Under the pieces are notes generated by a model that was given only the letters and a program-made list of their open reading frames with translations, did no database searches and was not told the origin of the DNA. A DNA stretch of 64,000 nt from an uncultured Eubacteriales bacterium (GTDB lineage: Bacteria; Acidobacteriota; Aminicenantia; Aminicenantales; Aminicenantaceae). Positions 59,435 to 64,000 of this stretch are shown in pieces; within the stretch, counting starts at the first letter, position 1, and each line of letters opens with the position of its first letter. Position numbers and translations under genes: made by a program. The DNA lies in assembly GCA_964346815.1 (NCBI GenBank), contig CAYFWF010000047.1, forward strand, positions 890-64,889, given 5' to 3'.

Positions 59435-60229
59435 TTGAAAAAAGTTCTTCTCTCCGTCGCAGGTTTTGATCCGACCGCAGGCGCAGGTGTGGCTCTCGAT
59501 CTAAAAGTCTTCCAGAGCCTCGGATATCAAGGGATGGGCATCGTGACCTGCTTGACAGTCCAGAACACATTGGGGGTGAAAAACATCCATTGTCCCCCTG
59601 CACGGCTTCTTTGGGATCAATATCATTTCTTACGGAACGACGTGGATTTTTCAGGAATCAAAGTCGGACTGGTGGGATGCGCAAAAAACATCCCTTCTAT
59701 CGTTCGTATACTCAACGAGAACCCGGACCTGCCTGTAATCATCGATCCCGTGTTCAAATCGAGTGGAGGGGAATGGATTTTCGGAAAAAAATCCATTCCC
59801 CTCTATATGCAGAAAATCCGTGGAAAAGCTTCTTTGCTCACTCCAAATCTGGAAGAGGCCGAGTTCATTTCCGGCATTAACATTGAAGCCGTGTCTGATG
59901 CACAAAAAGCTGCTCAGGTGATTTTCAAACAGACAAAAACACCCTGTCTGGTAAAGGGCGGCCATCTCCGAAAAGAAAACATCGACATATTGTACGACGG
60001 ATCTAAATTTCACACCTTTGAAAACAGAAAGTTGAAGAAAAAGATACACGGCACAGGATGCTTTCTCTCTTCTGCCCTCCTCTGCTATATGGTCAAAGGA
60101 TTTCCATTGGATCAAGCCTGTTCACTTGCTGTCCAGATCACTCATAAAGCTATGACAGAAGCCATCCGGACTGGCTCAGGACAAGCCCTCTTCAATTTCA
60201 CTGCTTTTTGCCGGCTTCTTCGACCTTGA
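59435..60229 (+). CDS. thiD: hydroxymethylpyrimidine/phosphomethylpyrimidine kinase (ThiD/PdxK family); TTG start inferred
   Basis: GFDPTAGAGVALDLK and ribokinase-family GTGCxLSSA motif; the 60-aa N-terminal extension in the ORF track overlaps acyP and looks non-native. Confidence 0.7.
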   Translation: MKKVLLSVAGFDPTAGAGVALDLKVFQSLGYQGMGIVTCLTVQNTLGVKNIHCPPARLLWDQYHFLRNDVDFSGIKVGLVGCAKNIPSIVRILNENPDLPVIIDPVFKSSGGEWIFGKKSIPLYMQKIRGKASLLTPNLEEAEFISGINIEAVSDAQKAAQVIFKQTKTPCLVKGGHLRKENIDILYDGSKFHTFENRKLKKKIHGTGCFLSSALLCYMVKGFPLDQACSLAVQITHKAMTEAIRTGSGQALFNFTAFCRLLRP

Positions 60230-61478
60230 ACAGAAGCCGCTGAAGAAAGATGGGTCCGATGATCTGGTTGATAGCGATGACCGCCAGGACCAGAGCCATG
60301 AATTCGCCCCCCCATTCCGGAAAAGTGTGTTCAACCACAATCGCCATACCCAAGGCTACGCCAGCCTGGGAGATAAAACCTGCCCAGGCCCATTTCTGAA
60401 CGCCCGCTTCCTCGTTGGTCAGTCTTGATCCGAGAAAAGTTCCTGAAAATTTCAACACCCCTCTCCAAACCACACAGATCAAAGCTAAAAGCCAGGTCTG
60501 ACGCAGAGCTCCCAAATTCAGCGAGGCACCAGACAGAGCGAAAAAGACAACGTAGATGGGGGTGGAACTCTTCTCGATCGCCGAGATCAAAAGCCTTCCC
60601 TGTGCTGAAAAATTTTCTGCGAGAAAGCCGGCCACGAGGCAGATCAAAAGAGGGTGATATCCATAGTTGTGTGAGATCTGATAAGAGAAAAAAGCGACAC
60701 CCAGGATGAAAATGGTCACATCCCTTTTGATGTATCTAAGATAAAGTATGATGCCTGCTCCTATGAAGAGCCCGATGAGGACTGATCCTCCCACCTCTTG
60801 CAGGATTTGGAGCAGAAATCCCAAATCGAACTCGTGAGAAGGCATGGATACAGATTTGGAAATCGATAGGGAGAAGGCAAATATCACGACAACAAAAAAG
60901 TCCTTAACCACAGCGCTGCCCAACACAAGGTCAGTGAACTTCCCGGACGACTTGGTCTCGGTGATAATCGCGATGGTTGTGGCTGGAGATGTGGGAGTCG
61001 ACAAGGTTCCTAAGAGGAGAGAAAAGGCAAAGACCTGAAAAAGCGTCCCTTCTTGGAGAAAAGAAATGGAAGAACGACCGATAAAACCTAAAAGGACGAA
61101 TCCTGAGAGAATGATGATAGTCTGAAAAAAAACGATAGAGGATATAGTCTTGAAGCGTCTCTTGAGTCTCTGGATATTCATCTCCCCGCCAGCGGTCAGC
61201 GCTATCAAACTCAGCGCCAAACCATCCAAAAGATCGAGGTCCTGCACATCCGATTGACTGATAAAATTCAACACATACGGCCCACAGAGAATTCCAGCTA
61301 GAATGAAGCCTGTGATCAAAGGAAGGCTTATTCGTTTGAGGTGGCTGCCCAGCAAGTAGGCAAATACCAATATGAACCCAAGAGCAATAGAAGTGCTTTG
61401 ATCGGGATTGGCAAAAGGGAGAAGTACCGGATCTTTTAAAAAAAACATCAGCACAAATATCAGCAGGAGCGGGATCAT
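60198..61478 (-). CDS. cation:proton antiporter (CPA1/NhaP-like)
   Basis: ~12 TM helices, 426 aa, Na_H_Exchanger-like composition. Confidence 0.7.
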   Translation of the reverse strand: MIPLLLIFVLMFFLKDPVLLPFANPDQSTSIALGFILVFAYLLGSHLKRISLPLITGFILAGILCGPYVLNFISQSDVQDLDLLDGLALSLIALTAGGEMNIQRLKRRFKTISSIVFFQTIIILSGFVLLGFIGRSSISFLQEGTLFQVFAFSLLLGTLSTPTSPATTIAIITETKSSGKFTDLVLGSAVVKDFFVVVIFAFSLSISKSVSMPSHEFDLGFLLQILQEVGGSVLIGLFIGAGIILYLRYIKRDVTIFILGVAFFSYQISHNYGYHPLLICLVAGFLAENFSAQGRLLISAIEKSSTPIYVVFFALSGASLNLGALRQTWLLALICVVWRGVLKFSGTFLGSRLTNEEAGVQKWAWAGFISQAGVALGMAIVVEHTFPEWGGEFMALVLAVIAINQIIGPIFLQRLLFKVEEAGKKQ

Positions 61479-62686
61479 CTTTTTTCCTCTCTATCGAGCT
61501 TGAAAATAGACAGCCTCACTCCGCAAGGACTGATAAGCTCGGTGATCAAAATCCCGAACAGGGCTGCAGAGAGGAAAACATCAGTCAACGGTAAGGGAAA
61601 AGCCAGCTTCAAACTGACAGCAAAGGCCAAACCAATCCCTCCTGACGAGAGAAAACTGAATCCGAAACGAATGGGCAGGCGCAGGGGAAAATCGAGGATC
61701 ACCTTGAACAGTGGCAGAGGGAGAAAGTAACCGATGATCCTTAAAAGAATCATGAGAAGGACGAGAAGGGCCAACTTATAGTCAAAAGATATCTCCCAGA
61801 GAGCCCCAATAAGAATCAGGAACGTGATGTACAGAGGCTTCTCGGTGGAAAGAAGAAGAGGATAGAGCCTTTCATGAATTCTGGTCAGGTTGGAATAGGT
61901 AATCCCCATCACCATGCTCATGTACAGAGGGAGAAGATTGAAATAGAAAGATGCGCCTGAAACGAAGAAAACCAGGCCCAAAAGATAAACGAGCATCTCT
62001 TCCTCTGAAGTCTTCTTTTTTGTCAGAAGGTGAAACAAATATCCTATGAGAATGGGGAAACCAGAGGAGAACAGCAGCAAGAGACTTCCTCTGAGAAAGA
62101 TTTTGGATTCGAAAATGGGATAATGCCAGAAAGAGGAAAAAACCGCCAGGCCGACTATCCCCCAAAATCCACTCACACTGACCAGGAATCGTGCCAAATA
62201 ATAATAGCTTCCTCTTTTCGGAATAACCGGGGAGGCCATATTCAGCAGAGTCGGGGAGTTGACGCTCAACAGCAGACCAAAGGTCAAGCCGATCCCGTAG
62301 AGGAGAAATGTGCGCTCCGAGGGGTAAAGCTGTTTCAAGGCTAGAGAAAAAATCAGACCGCCTAAAAGGAAGACAAACAGAGATTGAAGGAAAGAAAGGC
62401 TTTTATACTTGCTAGAGAAACGGCGCAAATATTTTGCTTCCAACTGGAATCCAAACAAGAATCCCACCCATCCCAAACCGAGGCTGATCAGGGGCGTCAA
62501 GCCTCTCAATACTGAAGGGCTTAGGATGTTGAATCCACTTTGTCCCAGAGCCAGCCCCAAAAATATATAGATCAGCCCGGAAGAAAAGAAATAATTGATG
62601 GGCGAGAGTGCCTGACTCCTTGTTATGAATCGGGCGCCCAGAAAGGCTATCAAAACGAGAAGGCCAAAAGCATAGATGGCTTGCAT
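61475..62686 (-). CDS. cation:proton antiporter-like membrane protein (paralog)
   Basis: ~12 TM, 403 aa; ATGA coupling to downstream antiporter. Confidence 0.6.
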   Translation of the reverse strand: MQAIYAFGLLVLIAFLGARFITRSQALSPINYFFSSGLIYIFLGLALGQSGFNILSPSVLRGLTPLISLGLGWVGFLFGFQLEAKYLRRFSSKYKSLSFLQSLFVFLLGGLIFSLALKQLYPSERTFLLYGIGLTFGLLLSVNSPTLLNMASPVIPKRGSYYYLARFLVSVSGFWGIVGLAVFSSFWHYPIFESKIFLRGSLLLLFSSGFPILIGYLFHLLTKKKTSEEEMLVYLLGLVFFVSGASFYFNLLPLYMSMVMGITYSNLTRIHERLYPLLLSTEKPLYITFLILIGALWEISFDYKLALLVLLMILLRIIGYFLPLPLFKVILDFPLRLPIRFGFSFLSSGGIGLAFAVSLKLAFPLPLTDVFLSAALFGILITELISPCGVRLSIFKLDREEKR

Positions 62687-62692
62687 GAAAGA

Positions 62693-63028
62693 TTAAAATT
62701 CAGGTTTTAAGCCTTCGACCCTATCCAAAGAAATGGTGAACACAATGCCCGTGCCAGGCTGATCCAAGTCTCCGACGATTTTCTTGAGCAATCGGATCGC
62801 TTCCTCTTCTTTTTCCTCCCTGATAACCGAGAAAACGGTCTTGTTGTGAGGTTTTGCTCCTGCGAACATGAAGCGCAGTCCTGCAAAAATCGGGACTTCT
62901 TCGGAAAGGATGTGGCCCATACCCACACTGTCGATCACCGTAGCTCCGGTTATTCCAATCTCGACAAAGCCCTCCAACACTTCCTCCAGTTTTTCCACTT
63001 TGTTCAGGAAGAGGATCAAGAGCTTCAT
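62693..63028 (-). CDS. P-II-like (GlnB-fold) regulatory protein
   Basis: ~112 aa with beta-alpha-beta pattern and GITGATVIDSVGMG core reminiscent of PII T-loop region; ATGA overlap with ptsN-like gene. Confidence 0.55.
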   Translation of the reverse strand: MKLLILFLNKVEKLEEVLEGFVEIGITGATVIDSVGMGHILSEEVPIFAGLRFMFAGAKPHNKTVFSVIREEKEEEAIRLLKKIVGDLDQPGTGIVFTISLDRVEGLKPEF

Positions 63029-63489
63029 ACGATTTTTCCTTCTTCTTCCTTGAAAATGGCACAAATCTCACTCGGATTCTTGACTCTTTTGATTTTTTCA
63101 ACGACATCAGTCTCTTTCACCAAACGGCAGACATGCGCAAGGATCTTCAGCTGATCCCCAGGGTTATTCTTGTTGCCGAGAAGGAGGATAAGAACATAGG
63201 TAGGCATCATATCCGCCGCCTCGAAATCGATTCCCTGTTTGATCACAGCGAGAGCCAAAAAAGGTTCCTTCAAATCATCTATCAAAGCATGGGGAATGGC
63301 GATGCCTTTCTCTAAGCCCGTACTCCCCAGGCTTTCCCGTTTCAAGAGCGCATCCAGGATCAGTTTATCATCGGAGATCAATCCTCTCTTGTTTATAGAT
63401 TCGACAAGCTCCTGGAGCACCTGACGCTTATCACCGGGTTTCAAATCCAAAAAAATGTGGTTTTCTACTAAAAAGTTACAAATTCTCAT
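63025..63489 (-). CDS. ptsN: PTS EIIA type-2 (nitrogen-regulatory EIIA-Ntr, PtsN-like)
   Basis: Phosphorylation-site motif GIAIPHA; 154 aa. Confidence 0.8.
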   Translation of the reverse strand: MRICNFLVENHIFLDLKPGDKRQVLQELVESINKRGLISDDKLILDALLKRESLGSTGLEKGIAIPHALIDDLKEPFLALAVIKQGIDFEAADMMPTYVLILLLGNKNNPGDQLKILAHVCRLVKETDVVEKIKRVKNPSEICAIFKEEEGKIV

Positions 63490-63590
63490 TTTCTAATCCT
63501 CTTCACGGTCTATATATCCTGCTTTTTCTATCCAGATATGGCTTATTTACAATCCTTTTTCACTATCTTCTGCATTCTTAAAAACACAGT

Positions 63591-64000
63591 CTAGGGTCTT
63601 TTTTTTCGAGGCAAAAGTGTCCGGGTTCCGAATTTATTCCTTTCGACATTTTCCCTGGAGAAAATCATCGGATGGTACCCTCCCTCAAGCCAGGTTTCTA
63701 CCTGATTGTCATAGAAACGGCTCATAAAATGCCCGCTCTGGCCCGAGGTGATCACACAAACCGAACGATCCCAGTCTGAAAGATCGATAATCTGGCGGTA
63801 GCTTGCCGACCAGCTGGTCTTGTGTGGAGTCCTATAATTGACCATGACAGTAAAGGGAGCACCTCCTGAAGGATAGGATCCGGCGTTGAAAAAGCGGAAA
63901 AGAAATTTTCGGCCTAACACATGCTTAAAAAGGACAGCGTTCATTTTGCTCCAATCCCAGTTATCAGGAGAACCATACAGCCAGTCCAGCCGCCTGAAAG
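63591..64000 (-). CDS. C-terminal end of a penicillin-acylase-family (Ntn hydrolase) protein; gene continues beyond window
   Basis: C-terminal motif SGQSGHFMSRFYDNQVETWLEGGYHPM resembles the conserved penicillin amidase C-terminus; ORF open to window edge. Confidence 0.45.
   Translation of the reverse strand, partial: FRRLDWLYGSPDNWDWSKMNAVLFKHVLGRKFLFRFFNAGSYPSGGAPFTVMVNYRTPHKTSWSASYRQIIDLSDWDRSVCVITSGQSGHFMSRFYDNQVETWLEGGYHPMIFSRENVERNKFGTRTLLPRKKRP

Overview
This window looks like a chromosomal segment from an uncultured Gram-negative bacterium. Evidence for Gram-negative: LpxC, TolC-like OMP, a TonB-dependent receptor-like OMP and a beta-barrel OMP. Coding density is high. Housekeeping content: glmU-glmS (TAATG overlap), lpxC, the dnaG-rpoD macromolecular-synthesis pair, gyrB-gyrA, thiD, acylphosphatase, three to four tRNAs. 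Accessory content: a CusA/CzcA-type HME-RND tripartite efflux operon (OMP-MFP-RND) with periplasmic and secreted proteins, an ArsA-HSP20 ATPase, an ABC-2 transporter, a VIT-vWA protein, a ~1300-aa multi-TM sensor histidine kinase, and an EIIA(Ntr)-PII-like-2xCPA antiporter operon. Two things are not explained by ordinary gene annotation. (1) A family of ~250-300 bp intergenic elements occurs at four places (about 16.5, 29.1, 38.5 and 47.8 kb). Two full copies share near-identical 5' (~39 nt) and 3' (~55 nt) ends that form a 15-bp terminal inverted repeat (GGNGCAGGGAAATGT ... ACATTTCCCNGCNCC), with compensatory base changes between copies, several conserved internal boxes, and highly divergent spacers. 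This is a candidate novel structured ncRNA family or a degenerate MITE family. (2) An intact tRNA-Leu(UAA) at 2.3 kb and a disrupted, degenerate tRNA-Leu(UAA) paralog at 13.7-14.0 kb share an exact 42-nt 5' half. The paralog carries a 177-bp insert flanked by a 13-bp direct repeat of the anticodon stem-loop. Together they bracket the 11-kb metal-efflux block. Near the intact tRNA sit an orphan IS-type HTH remnant and a tRNA-Gln-like 3' fragment, consistent with an integration or recombination hotspot at tRNA-Leu. The last gene of the bracketed block (DOMON/CBM9-like beta-barrel) has an in-frame stop, so that edge looks decayed. Other notable items are a DRG-family GTPase (rare in bacteria), an RHH protein with a palindromic operator, and a structured ~260-bp intergenic region upstream of the VIT-vWA gene. 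All coordinates come from manual reading of the sequence and the ORF track. No homology searches were run, so family names are motif-based calls.
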